A DNA stretch of 31,954 nt from a virus (IMGVR_UViG_3300042879_000936:1-31954); one strand, 5' to 3'. Shown: positions 8,265-17,610, counted from the stretch's first letter. Numbers and translations are program-made. The notes: a model not told the origin generated them from the letters alone.

Positions 8265-9472
8265 GAAACCGCCCACGGCTCAACCCCATGACGCTTACTC
8301 GCGGTATGCGCGAGCGGCTGTCTCCTGTATCTAACAGGGTTGAGCAGTTGGATCCGATTGGGGTGGTGGACATGAACTTGCCATCGCCGTATTTCGTTGG
8401 TGATGTCACATACACCAACGGTGGGGTGACGGGGACAGCCAAGGTTGGTGTTCTTGGGGAGAACAACACGATTCAATATCGCAATTCCTCTGTAATTCGG
8501 CGCGACTACACCTACGGGGGCAAACTGTCCGGGTTGAGTCTTGACACTTACGGTTTCACCAATTTCCTTTACGACACGGAAAACCTCGTCACATCATGGG
8601 TCGCGACCAACCTGACCAAGCCGAGTACTCCGAATGCCATCGGTCCAGATGGCTTGACATCAGCCGTCACGCTTACGGCAACTGGTTCCACCGCAACGCT
8701 GACGCAGACTCGCGGCGCTGTTGGTGCTGGATTCAAACGATTTTCCGTATGGCTGCGCCGGGTATCTGGATCTGGTGATGTGGAAATCGCTTCTAATACC
8801 GCTGCATACTCAAAAGTCACGGTGACATCGGAGTGGCAGCGATTTGAGGTGGTTGGAAGTTCATCCGTGATTGTCGGAATCAGGCTTACCGGATCATCTC
8901 CGTTTCAAGTCATTGATGTGTTTGCTCCGACTTGCACTCGCACATCCAATTATTGGGGAAACGCACCAGAGATAGTTCATTCAGCCGGATCAACTGTTGT
9001 CTTTAGTGCAGAGTCCTTGGTACTCGGAATGAATACTGGGACCGACTTTGCCACATTTGTTTTTGAGTGCTGCACTACGAGGCAAGTTGCGGCTGACCGG
9101 ATATGGTCGCCACCTATTGGCGCACAAATTTACAGCCCACTAAACGATTCGTATGTTGACTTGGCAGTCACATTTGAGCCAGATCAGGTGCTGCTTTCAG
9201 CATCCGTGTATGACGGGTTTTCGATAACTCAAGATCTGCGATATGCCGTCAACAACACAAACATTGCTCGCGCAGCAGGATGCTGGACATCTTCTGAATT
9301 TCTCTATTCTTTCAACGGCGAGCCAACGAGGTCGATTTCTGCCGATCTGTCTGGATTGGTAAGCGACGGATTGGTCATTCGTTCATCTGGAGGTGCGATC
9401 AGGTCTGCCGCCCTTTACGGCGTTTCTGTCGATCCATCCACCATATCGCAACTTTCGACCGTGAAGACATGA
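8261..9472 (+). CDS. Putative spike/receptor-binding or carbohydrate-binding virion protein
   Basis: 403 aa, Ser/Thr/Gly-rich, with TNFL...GPDGLTSA...FSVWLRRVSGSG...VTVTSEWQRF segment typical of fibre beta-sandwich domains. Visibly lower GC than its flanks. Confidence 0.6.
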   Translation: MRNRPRLNPMTLTRGMRERLSPVSNRVEQLDPIGVVDMNLPSPYFVGDVTYTNGGVTGTAKVGVLGENNTIQYRNSSVIRRDYTYGGKLSGLSLDTYGFTNFLYDTENLVTSWVATNLTKPSTPNAIGPDGLTSAVTLTATGSTATLTQTRGAVGAGFKRFSVWLRRVSGSGDVEIASNTAAYSKVTVTSEWQRFEVVGSSSVIVGIRLTGSSPFQVIDVFAPTCTRTSNYWGNAPEIVHSAGSTVVFSAESLVLGMNTGTDFATFVFECCTTRQVAADRIWSPPIGAQIYSPLNDSYVDLAVTFEPDQVLLSASVYDGFSITQDLRYAVNNTNIARAAGCWTSSEFLYSFNGEPTRSISADLSGLVSDGLVIRSSGGAIRSAALYGVSVDPSTISQLSTVKT

Positions 9473-9741
9473 TCACAGAGTTCATGCGAACAGATGACTT
9501 TCAGCAGATGGCTGATGCCCTGTCAGCCGCTGGTGTCTGCTCGTCCGTGACGCAGAACGAAGACGGCGACTTCATCGTCAAGTACAAGAGACCTCGCATT
9601 GCGTCCGTGGACATCATCGGCGCAATCGAAGGCGCTTCCGGGTTCCACGCGAACATCCTTTGCCTGTCCATGACGGAAGAGCAGCGTTCGGTTCTTCCGC
9701 TCATACCACAACCAAATACGCCTGAAAGGCTGTTCGCATGA
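9469..9741 (+). CDS. Small fibre-associated protein
   Basis: 90 aa, ATGA-coupled. The VDIIG...GFHANI...P.TPERLFA pattern resembles small proteins that follow fibre genes. Confidence 0.55.
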   Translation: MITEFMRTDDFQQMADALSAAGVCSSVTQNEDGDFIVKYKRPRIASVDIIGAIEGASGFHANILCLSMTEEQRSVLPLIPQPNTPERLFA

Positions 9742-9944
9742 CCATCGAGAACACGAAGATCAGAGTGAGCCTGACTCCAGCCAACTGGATCGGCATCGTC
9801 GCAATCGTCATCACGCTTCTTGGGATGCTGATCCCGGCGTACATCAACCACGACCGTCTGCTGATGCAGGTCGTGACGAATCAGGACAGCATCAGCAAGC
9901 GCCTCGACAAGATCGAGGAGAAACTGGAAAGGCACGAACGATGA
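9738..9944 (+). CDS. Single-TM plus coiled-coil membrane protein (holin-like)
   Basis: Hydrophobic WIGIVAIVITLLGMLIPAYI, then a coiled coil ISKRLDKIEEKLE. Confidence 0.6.
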   Translation: MTIENTKIRVSLTPANWIGIVAIVITLLGMLIPAYINHDRLLMQVVTNQDSISKRLDKIEEKLERHER

Positions 9945-10135
9945 GCGAGATGATCAAGAACTCCTCTTGGAAGACCACGGGTGCTGGCATCGCCGCGATC
10001 ATGGTCGCTGGCGGCGCTGCGCTGACCGCCCTGACCGACGCTGATCCGACCACCAAGCCCGACTTCGCCGCGCTGATCGCCGCGATCATGGCTGGCATCG
10101 GTCTGATCTTCGCCAAGGACAACAAGAAGGCTTGA
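9941..10135 (+). CDS. Holin-like two-TM protein
   Basis: SWKTTGAGIAAI...AGIGLIFAKD: two hydrophobic segments and a basic C-terminal tail. Confidence 0.65.
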   Translation: MSEMIKNSSWKTTGAGIAAIMVAGGAALTALTDADPTTKPDFAALIAAIMAGIGLIFAKDNKKA

Positions 10136-10138
10136 GGC

Positions 10139-10363
10139 GTGTATGACTTCCTGCGAGCCTTGTTCATGTCCCTGCTGCAATGGTCGGAAGGACTCTTCCG
10201 ACAGCGCGGTGTGGGCGCTGACGCTCAATCTGATCGTGGTCTGCTTTCTCGCGGCGGTTCTCGCATTCACGCTTGGCTGCACAAGGACCGTGCTGGTGAG
10301 CGAGAGCAGCCCGATCAGGACGGGTCCGTGCGTGAAGGGCAAGGTCTACACGAAGACCGCTGA
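10139..10363 (+). CDS. Hypothetical protein, possible inner-spanin-like partner
   Basis: GTG 3 nt after the holin stop; amphipathic N-terminus MYDFLRALFMSLLQW; overlaps the lipoprotein ORF in another frame. Confidence 0.45.
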   Translation: MYDFLRALFMSLLQWSEGLFRQRGVGADAQSDRGLLSRGGSRIHAWLHKDRAGEREQPDQDGSVREGQGLHEDR

Positions 10364-10448
10364 CGGCTGGCAGTTGGGCGACAACGAGGTCAAGATCCCT
10401 GAAGGCTGGTACTGCGTCCCGCCTTCGTTCGTCGAGGAACACAAGTAA
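10209..10448 (+). CDS. Putative lipoprotein (outer-spanin-like)
   Basis: Hydrophobic leader ending in lipobox-like TLG-C, then TRTVLV...IPEGWYCVPP. Stop TAA overlaps the next ATG. Exact start is uncertain. Confidence 0.6.
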   Translation: MWALTLNLIVVCFLAAVLAFTLGCTRTVLVSESSPIRTGPCVKGKVYTKTADGWQLGDNEVKIPEGWYCVPPSFVEEHK

Positions 10449-11713
10449 TGGCAGTCAAGATCCAATTCCGTCGAGACCTAGCCGCGAACTGGGGCAGCAG
10501 CACCGTTCTTGCGTCCGGTGAGGTCGGGTATGAGACCGACACGGGCAACATCAAGATCGGCAATGGAAGCACCCAATGGTCTGCGCTGGCGTATTACCAG
10601 TTGCCGAATGTGTCGGTCAACCCGGCAACGATTGCAAACCTCAATGACGCTGCCTACCGAGTCATGGGTCGGTATCGGCTCAACTCGGTCACAGGTGGAT
10701 CCACTTTCACGAACGGTCCGAGCGATCTCGACGCGGCTGATGCGGATTCGTACTGCGCGATGATCGTCACCTCGCACGCATACTCCGGTCTGACCACGCT
10801 GATCCAGCAGACGCTGACGCAGTTCAGCGGCAACGGCACGACGCTGAAGCAATGGGTGCGGATGTATGACGGCACGAACTACACGGCGTGGACAAGCACG
10901 GCGCACCTGTCGGACAACGAGGTGACATTCGCCAAGATGCAGGACATTGCTGGCTTGTCCGTCATCGGCAAGACCGGGTCTGGTTCTGGAGATCCTGCCG
11001 AAATTACGGCAGCGACCAGCGGTCATGTTCTTCGGTACGACGGGACAAATGTTGCGTTCGGGACGCTGGCATCGACTGCGTTCTCCGCATCTACGGATGT
11101 TCCGCTGAATGCTCTCGCTGATCAGGCTGCGTTGTCTGTAGTGGCAAATGGGACCAATGCTTCGGCAGCGCCTACGGCAATTGCCGCAGGAAACGATGGT
11201 CATGTGCTTCGCCGAAGCGGCACAGCAGTTGGATTTGGAACGATTGTGAATGCTGGTGTTGACGCTAACGCCGCAATCGCGTTGAGCAAGTTGGCAACTA
11301 TTGCTGCCAACACCGTGGTTGGGCAGACTGCTTCTGGAGCGCCAATTGCTTTGACTTCCGGATCAGGAGGAACGGCTAGGACTGCTCTTGGTCTTGGTAC
11401 TGCTGCGTACAACGCCGCAGGAGATTTCGTTCAAGTAGCAAACATTGATGACACGCTCGGCGTTGGAGCAGTCATCCTCGCGGAAAGTCTCCTGTTGAAT
11501 CAGGGCGTCCCGTTTACTGTCAATGGAGTCACTTGGAAACTAGTGCTACAAACGACAAATCAAGTCAATCAATCAGGCAACACTTCCAATTACATGATCA
11601 AGGGAGGTGCTGCTACTCATATTGGCGGAACATGGATTGCTCTGTCATCGTTTTTTCTTTCCAATGTGAATAGTGATTGGCGGCAAATCTGGATGTTGGT
11701 TAGGACTGCATAA
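10448..11713 (+). CDS. Tail fibre with Mtd_N-like N-terminal domain, knob-like domain and 59-aa repeats
   Basis: MAVKIQFRRDLAANW...LASGEVGYETDTGNIKIGNGSTQWSALAY is the Mtd_N-type motif. It is followed by a knob-like segment (NLND...GRY...QQTL...WVRMY...W) and repeats starting at 10922, 11099, 11276. Confidence 0.8.
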   Translation: MAVKIQFRRDLAANWGSSTVLASGEVGYETDTGNIKIGNGSTQWSALAYYQLPNVSVNPATIANLNDAAYRVMGRYRLNSVTGGSTFTNGPSDLDAADADSYCAMIVTSHAYSGLTTLIQQTLTQFSGNGTTLKQWVRMYDGTNYTAWTSTAHLSDNEVTFAKMQDIAGLSVIGKTGSGSGDPAEITAATSGHVLRYDGTNVAFGTLASTAFSASTDVPLNALADQAALSVVANGTNASAAPTAIAAGNDGHVLRRSGTAVGFGTIVNAGVDANAAIALSKLATIAANTVVGQTASGAPIALTSGSGGTARTALGLGTAAYNAAGDFVQVANIDDTLGVGAVILAESLLLNQGVPFTVNGVTWKLVLQTTNQVNQSGNTSNYMIKGGAATHIGGTWIALSSFFLSNVNSDWRQIWMLVRTA

Positions 11714-13863
11714 TGCCGTACACCCAAGCGATCATCCCGCTTCGTGGTTGGATCACGGACACCGTCTACAGCGGTGTTCCGGAGGGGTACACGCACGACA
11801 TCCTGAACATGATTCCGATGGATCCGTTCCGGCGCAAGGTGCGGCTCGGTACGCGACCGGGGTTCAATCGTGCGTACAAGTTCGCGAGCGGCTCGGTTCA
11901 ATGCTTGGTCAGGACAACGGCGTTCAACGGATCGCCCCCTGTCATCAAGGACCGCGTGTTCATCGTGAACGCCGGAAAGATCTACAGACTTGATCCGGGC
12001 GACACGGCTCCGACGCAGATCACCAATGCTGCGCTGTCTACCGCTGCGGTCTTTCAGACCACGGGCAGGGTGGAGGCTGTCCAGCGCGGACAGTACCTGT
12101 ATTTCGTCGATGGTCTCGTATACCGAAAAGTTGACTTGTTTGCCGATCCTCCAATCTGGTCGAACTGGGAACACGGGTCGCATGGTCCAGAGGACAATGT
12201 CGTGAACACGGTTGGTGGAACTACCTACACCGCGACCCTAATTGCCCTGTTCGGAACTCGACTTGTCCTTGCCGGGGTTCGACAGAAAGAGAACATCTGG
12301 TGGATGTCGGACATTGACGATCCAGACGATTGGTCTGGCGCGACCGCTGTTGGGGATGCCATTGCGGGAAACAGCGGTATATGGGGCGTTCCCGGCGACG
12401 AGATTGTCGCCCTGATTCCGTTCGGTCAGGGGTCGATCATCTTTGCTGGGCGGCGATCCATGTCCATGCTGACTTCGGATCCCGTGTTCGGGAATGCGAC
12501 GATCCAGCAGATGAGCAGGACGGTCGGCGTTGTCGGTCCACGCGCATGGTGCAACGGACCGGAGAAGACCGTCTATGTCATGGCGCAGGACGGTTTGTAT
12601 CGGCTGACACCGAACGACTTCAACATCGACCGTGGTCAGTTGGTGTCGCTGAACAAACTCGACTCGTTCTTCAACGCCACCAAGTGGGAAGACATCAACT
12701 GCACGCTGTCTTACGATGTCGAACGCCGTGGTCTCTGGATCTTCCTGACGCGAACAGACCAGCCAGACAGCAGCACGCACCTGTTCTACTCTGACCAGAC
12801 CGATGGGTTCTTCCCGTACAAGATGTACGACCCGACCTTTCGTGGCGCGTACTCGACTTGCCAGATGCTCACGACTGACGGTCGAAATCAGGTTGCGCTG
12901 TTCGGGTCGCTCGATGGGCAGATCGGGTTCTTCGACCAGAAGATCATCGCCGGAATCGACGGCTATCCTGCCGCCGGATACGACTCCACCATCAGCACGG
13001 GACAGGCGATTGCCCAGCGGATCGAGACACGGGTCAGCATGGGTCCGATGGTCTCAAGCCAGCCGGGTCTCGCTTTCTGCAACGAGGTGCAGATCGAACT
13101 CGGAGCAGACCAGTACTTGCCTGATGAGGCTGTAAAGGGAAGCGCCCCAAACCCATCCGCTTTCCTTTTGTCCGCTGAAACGGCGCAGGAAGCGATTGCC
13201 GAAAGCATCAACAGCGTGTTGGTGTCCGATGTCCTGTCGATCACGGCGAATGGCGGAAACTCGTCGTTGACGAACCCGGACGGAAGCGCTGATCCACAAT
13301 CAACGACCTATGACGGTGGCGGCGCAAGCCCGAGCATCGACGGGTATTTGGACGGTCAGTACGCACGACCGACTTCCGGGACATACACCACGCAGGACAC
13401 ATTCGTCAAGCCGTTGTCTCGCGTGTACGAGGACAGCGACAGCCGATACGAACTCGTTCGCGATGATTTCGGCGGCGTGACCCGTTGGGGTATCAGGTTT
13501 CAGGATACGGGCATTGACCCCGTGCCTAACCGCCCGGTGTTTGTGCAGCAGCAAGTGAACGGCGAATACGCCGAGGAGCCGTCCGTCGGCGAGTACCGAT
13601 ATGTTGTGACCGATGAGACCGGGGCAATCGTCGCGACGCTGTCCACCGTGACCGCAAGTGTCGCGGCAACGCAGTTTGAAGGGGCGACGATCACTTCGCT
13701 CGGCGACCTGACCGAGGGCGAGAACAACCGCATGAAGTGCCGGGTCCGTGCCAACGCGATCTTCCTGCGCCTCTCATCGTCAGGGTATCCGTTTGCCATC
13801 GAACGCATCGGCGCAAGCCTTGCACCTGTCGGACCGAGGAGGACCGTTGCCGATGTCACCTGA
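11713..13863 (+). CDS. Tail nozzle / DNA stabilisation protein (P22 gp10 / T7 gp12-like)
   Basis: 716 aa, beta-propeller-like: RPGF near the N-terminus, IWWMSDIDDPDDW, GDEIVAL, TVGVVGPRAW. Located between fibres and ejection genes. Confidence 0.75.
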   Translation: MPYTQAIIPLRGWITDTVYSGVPEGYTHDILNMIPMDPFRRKVRLGTRPGFNRAYKFASGSVQCLVRTTAFNGSPPVIKDRVFIVNAGKIYRLDPGDTAPTQITNAALSTAAVFQTTGRVEAVQRGQYLYFVDGLVYRKVDLFADPPIWSNWEHGSHGPEDNVVNTVGGTTYTATLIALFGTRLVLAGVRQKENIWWMSDIDDPDDWSGATAVGDAIAGNSGIWGVPGDEIVALIPFGQGSIIFAGRRSMSMLTSDPVFGNATIQQMSRTVGVVGPRAWCNGPEKTVYVMAQDGLYRLTPNDFNIDRGQLVSLNKLDSFFNATKWEDINCTLSYDVERRGLWIFLTRTDQPDSSTHLFYSDQTDGFFPYKMYDPTFRGAYSTCQMLTTDGRNQVALFGSLDGQIGFFDQKIIAGIDGYPAAGYDSTISTGQAIAQRIETRVSMGPMVSSQPGLAFCNEVQIELGADQYLPDEAVKGSAPNPSAFLLSAETAQEAIAESINSVLVSDVLSITANGGNSSLTNPDGSADPQSTTYDGGGASPSIDGYLDGQYARPTSGTYTTQDTFVKPLSRVYEDSDSRYELVRDDFGGVTRWGIRFQDTGIDPVPNRPVFVQQQVNGEYAEEPSVGEYRYVVTDETGAIVATLSTVTASVAATQFEGATITSLGDLTEGENNRMKCRVRANAIFLRLSSSGYPFAIERIGASLAPVGPRRTVADVT

Positions 13864-14668
13864 CAACCAGATCGAGATGGACAAGATCCGCCGCTTTGAG
13901 GCGGCGCTTATGTCGATGCCACAGGTCGATATGCAGACCTCCAGCCTGATTCACGGCTCGATGTACGCCCGGACGATCTTCATTCCGGGCGGGACGGCTG
14001 TGACCGGGACGCTGACCAAGTTGGACAATGTGTGCATCGTCAACGGCGACATCACCGTGACCACGGACAACGGTATGCAGCGCCTGATCGGGTTCCATGT
14101 GCTTCCGGCGACGAAGGGGTACAAGCGCGTCGGGTACGCGCACGATGACACCTACTGGACAACGATCATCCACACCGACGCGAAGACCGTCGAGGAGGCT
14201 GAAGATGCCATGACCGACGAGTCCGCGATCTTGCAGACCCGTCGGGAAGGCATCCAGTTTGATTGGGCTAGCAAGGCTCGGTCGGACTACAACCAGTTCA
14301 TCCGCGAGTACGGTCTTCCGCTCGGGTTCATCGACGCTCGCATGAGGCAAACCAACGACCTCATCGAGACCGATGCGTGCTACCGGAACATGGTCATGCA
14401 GCCGTCGCCCATACACGGGATCGGCGTGTTCGCGAACAGGGTCATCATGCCGAACGAGATCATCGCCCCGGCGCGTCGCGACGAGAGGCGTTGCATTGCC
14501 GGGAGGTTCACGAACCACTCGCACGACCCGAACGCCGAGTTCGTGCAGACCGGAATCGACGATCATGTGGACATGATTGCCACCCGGAAGATCGAAATCG
14601 GCGAGGAAATCACGGTCGATTACAGGGTCAGCGGTCGGGTCGCATACGCCATCGACACGGAGAACTGA
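13853..14668 (+). CDS. Cupin-like domain fused to SET-domain methyltransferase
   Basis: GAGGAGGA upstream of ATG 13853; 271 aa. N-half G.MYARTIFIPGGT...G.KRVGYAHDDTYW (phage cupin-like). C-half SPIHGIGVFA...RFTNHSHDPNA...IEIGEEITVDY, the canonical SET motifs GxG, NHSxxPN, GEEITxDY. Confidence 0.85.
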   Translation: MSPDNQIEMDKIRRFEAALMSMPQVDMQTSSLIHGSMYARTIFIPGGTAVTGTLTKLDNVCIVNGDITVTTDNGMQRLIGFHVLPATKGYKRVGYAHDDTYWTTIIHTDAKTVEEAEDAMTDESAILQTRREGIQFDWASKARSDYNQFIREYGLPLGFIDARMRQTNDLIETDACYRNMVMQPSPIHGIGVFANRVIMPNEIIAPARRDERRCIAGRFTNHSHDPNAEFVQTGIDDHVDMIATRKIEIGEEITVDYRVSGRVAYAIDTEN

Positions 14669-14669
14669 T

Positions 14670-15656
14670 ATGTCATTCATCGGAGCAGGAGCAGCAATCG
14701 GAATCGGAGCAACCGCCGCAGCCGCAATCGGCACGGGTCTCGCCGTTGGTGGCGTGGCGATGGGCGTTGGCTCGATTGCCTCGGGCATCCTCGCAAAGCA
14801 AGCCGCTGACGCGAAGCAGCGTGCCTACCGGACCATGACCGAATGGGCTGGCGGTCAGTATCAGGATCTCGGGAAGTACCAGCAGGAGCAGCAGGACAAG
14901 ATCCTGAAGTCTTTCCTTGAGAACCGGACCGCCAACCTGTCGCAGTACAAGGGCGGCTACGAGCAGATGATCGGCGACTTCGATACCCGGTTCAAGGAAC
15001 TGGAGACCGCCTACAACCAGCAAGCGCAGGGCATCACCGCCGGGTTCCGCGAGGGCATGGCTGGCGTTCGCCGCACGGCAGAGGTCGGTCGGACGAACAC
15101 GCTCGCAGCCATCGAACAGGCGACTTCGCAGAACCTTGCGAGGATGTCGCAGTCACAGGCGTTCACGGGACTTGCCGGGACCACCTTCGGTCAGAGTGCG
15201 CTTGCTGCCGAACAGCGGCAGGGTGCGCTCCAGAAGGGAGTTGTCGAGGAGCAGTACGCAAGCCAGTTGGCTGGAATCGAACAGGCGTTGGTCAGCGGTG
15301 TTTCGTCGCTGGAGCAGCAGCGCCTTGCGAACATGACCCAGATGGCGCAGCAGCGCGTCGGAGGTGGATTCGCCATGCGGCAGCAGTTGCTCGGAACGCA
15401 GTTCGCGCAGCAAGAGGATGTCGCCAAGCAGCGCGTCGCACTCGGCGCGGACTTCCTCAACGCCCAGATCAACCTTGAGCGCGAGCGCGTCGCCCGTGTT
15501 CTCGGCGGCAAGGAGGCACAGGCGCAGTACGCGGGTAGCGGCTATCAGGCTGCTGCGGCAATCGTCGGTGGCGCAACGACGGGCATTGCGTCTGGGATCA
15601 TGGGTATGTACCAGCCCTACCTCGCTGGTCGCGGCTTCGCGGCTGGCATGGGATAA
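14670..15656 (+). CDS. Ejection/pilot protein (P22 gp7-like position)
   Basis: Gly/Ala hydrophobic N- and C-termini with a Gln-rich helical middle; ATG 14670 follows the previous stop. Confidence 0.7.
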   Translation: MSFIGAGAAIGIGATAAAAIGTGLAVGGVAMGVGSIASGILAKQAADAKQRAYRTMTEWAGGQYQDLGKYQQEQQDKILKSFLENRTANLSQYKGGYEQMIGDFDTRFKELETAYNQQAQGITAGFREGMAGVRRTAEVGRTNTLAAIEQATSQNLARMSQSQAFTGLAGTTFGQSALAAEQRQGALQKGVVEEQYASQLAGIEQALVSGVSSLEQQRLANMTQMAQQRVGGGFAMRQQLLGTQFAQQEDVAKQRVALGADFLNAQINLERERVARVLGGKEAQAQYAGSGYQAAAAIVGGATTGIASGIMGMYQPYLAGRGFAAGMG

Positions 15657-15667
15657 AGGAAACAATC

Positions 15668-16222
15668 ATGGCACTTGCACCTACTCAACAGAGCGACATC
15701 AACTACCCCGGCTCTCGGTCATGGGACGAGATGCAGCAGTTCCGCGCCCAGCAGCAGGGGCAGCAGCAGCAGTCGTACCTCGGGAACCTCGGTCGGTTCT
15801 TCATGTACGCGGGTCAGGGCATGGCGCAGGGGATCGGTCAGGGTCTCGCCAACACCGACCTGAAGAACCCGTTCCGAGGCGCTGGCATGAGCCTCCTTGG
15901 TGGCGCTGCGCTCGGTGGTCAGGCTGCTCAAACCCAGATGGGCGTGGACACCGAGCGCGTCAGTCAGGCTCTTCGCATGGACGAATACCAAGCGAAGTTG
16001 GACGAGGACCGCAAGCGCGAAAAGGAACTTCTTGAATCCTTCCGTGGAATCAAGAAGGGAACCGAGAAGCAGGAGATGATGGAGGATCGCGGCGAACTCA
16101 AGATCGGCGCGTCCTACCTGTCCCCTGCCGGGAAGGTCTTCTTGGCGCAGCAGGGTCTCGCCACCGCAGAGGCTGCGCGAATTCTTTCCGGCGTTCGCGC
16201 CGGGACGGGACGGATGGCATGA
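15668..16222 (+). CDS. Putative ejection protein
   Basis: AAGGA RBS; Gln/Gly-rich helical 184-aa protein in the ejection-gene position. Confidence 0.6.
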   Translation: MALAPTQQSDINYPGSRSWDEMQQFRAQQQGQQQQSYLGNLGRFFMYAGQGMAQGIGQGLANTDLKNPFRGAGMSLLGGAALGGQAAQTQMGVDTERVSQALRMDEYQAKLDEDRKREKELLESFRGIKKGTEKQEMMEDRGELKIGASYLSPAGKVFLAQQGLATAEAARILSGVRAGTGRMA

Positions 16223-17610
16223 TCGATCCAATCAGGACAGCCAACGGTTTCCAGCAGCGCCCGTACCAGCCGGATCAGATGGACATTCAGGAGGCGGATC
16301 TCACTCCGCAGATCCGAGAACTTGTCAACTACGCAGACAAGGACAAGAGCGCGTACATCGGCAACCCGACGAATGTCCGCAAGCCGTCCTTCGCAGCAGC
16401 CGTCAACGGCATTGAGAACGGCGACTACGAAGGTCTGGAGATGCTCGACTTCGGTGCGCTCGCCGACGGAACCCCGGCTGTCGCGTTCATTGACGAGGAC
16501 GGTCAGCGTCAGGTCATCAAGATGACCACGCCGCAATGGCTTGGCGCGATGGAGTACAGGTCAAAGGCTCGCATGGAACTCCAGCAGAAGCGTGACATCG
16601 CAGCCAAGCAGGAGGCTTTCAAGCCGTACTTCAACTCGATGGCGAAGCAGATCAGCGCCGTCAACGACCCGGACATCGGCGGCTACCTCGCTGCCATGTA
16701 CCAGATGGACCCGCAGTTGGCGATGCAGCAACTCGGCGAGTTCCAGCGCCAGCAGATGAAGCAGGACGCTGAAACCGTCATGTGGCGTGGCAAGCCTGTT
16801 CCCGTCCGGTTCGCGCAGCAAGCGATCAAGATGGAACAGGACGAGTACGAGCAGGGCGAGCGTGCGTTCGATTCAGCCATGAAGGCATACGAGGATCAGC
16901 CGTATGCAGCGCCGCTGATCGAGAACATCCGGTCGCTTCGCCGCAAGCCGAGCGATTACCAGATTCCCAGCACGGCGACTCTGATCGACAGCCTTGCCTC
17001 GCAGAACGCTGGTCCGCTCCCGCTGGTCAACCTGTTCCACGCGATGACCAAGCCGATGATGACCCCGCTTCCGCAGCCAGCGACGCTGCCGCGCCGTGGT
17101 CAGGACGGGCAGTACAACCTCGCCGAGGTCACCAACTTCCTCAACAACTTCAACATGGTCAGCCAGCGGCTTGGCTGGGATCAGGTTGTCGCTGCCGATG
17201 AGGTCGGTCTGTCGGCGATTATCGATGCACTTGACATCGCGAACAACTCGCAGGGTCTTGCGAGCAAGGTCGCTCCTCCCCCTGCCCGTACCGTCCCTGT
17301 GTCGATCCAGCGGCAGGAGATGGCGAACGAGGCTGCTGCTGCCCGGGAAGCGGCGCGATACGGTGGTGGTCAGAAGCAGGAAGATCAGGCAGCGGATTCT
17401 GGAAACCAGATCGACAGCGAGATTGATCCGGCTGTTGAGATCGTCCGTGGATCTCCGTCAGAAGACCCGAGCGTGACGGTCCAGAGGATTCTCGACATCG
17501 CGCAGAATCCCGACAAGTACACGGAAGGGTATTCGTTCTCCAACGACCCGGCTGCATGGGCTGCGATTCGTCGCGCCGCCAAGGCGATCCTCCAACTGTC
17601 CAACAAGTGA
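16219..17610 (+). CDS. Putative internal virion/ejection protein
   Basis: 463 aa, Gln-rich and helical, ATGA-coupled, directly upstream of the giant gene. Confidence 0.6.
   Translation: MIDPIRTANGFQQRPYQPDQMDIQEADLTPQIRELVNYADKDKSAYIGNPTNVRKPSFAAAVNGIENGDYEGLEMLDFGALADGTPAVAFIDEDGQRQVIKMTTPQWLGAMEYRSKARMELQQKRDIAAKQEAFKPYFNSMAKQISAVNDPDIGGYLAAMYQMDPQLAMQQLGEFQRQQMKQDAETVMWRGKPVPVRFAQQAIKMEQDEYEQGERAFDSAMKAYEDQPYAAPLIENIRSLRRKPSDYQIPSTATLIDSLASQNAGPLPLVNLFHAMTKPMMTPLPQPATLPRRGQDGQYNLAEVTNFLNNFNMVSQRLGWDQVVAADEVGLSAIIDALDIANNSQGLASKVAPPPARTVPVSIQRQEMANEAAAAREAARYGGGQKQEDQAADSGNQIDSEIDPAVEIVRGSPSEDPSVTVQRILDIAQNPDKYTEGYSFSNDPAAWAAIRRAAKAILQLSNK

Noticed and set aside
10448-11713. Diversity-generating retroelement suggested by the Mtd_N-like domain
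   Set aside because: No reverse transcriptase, Avd-like gene or template/variable repeat pair is visible. Mtd_N is a common fibre anchor domain outside DGRs.
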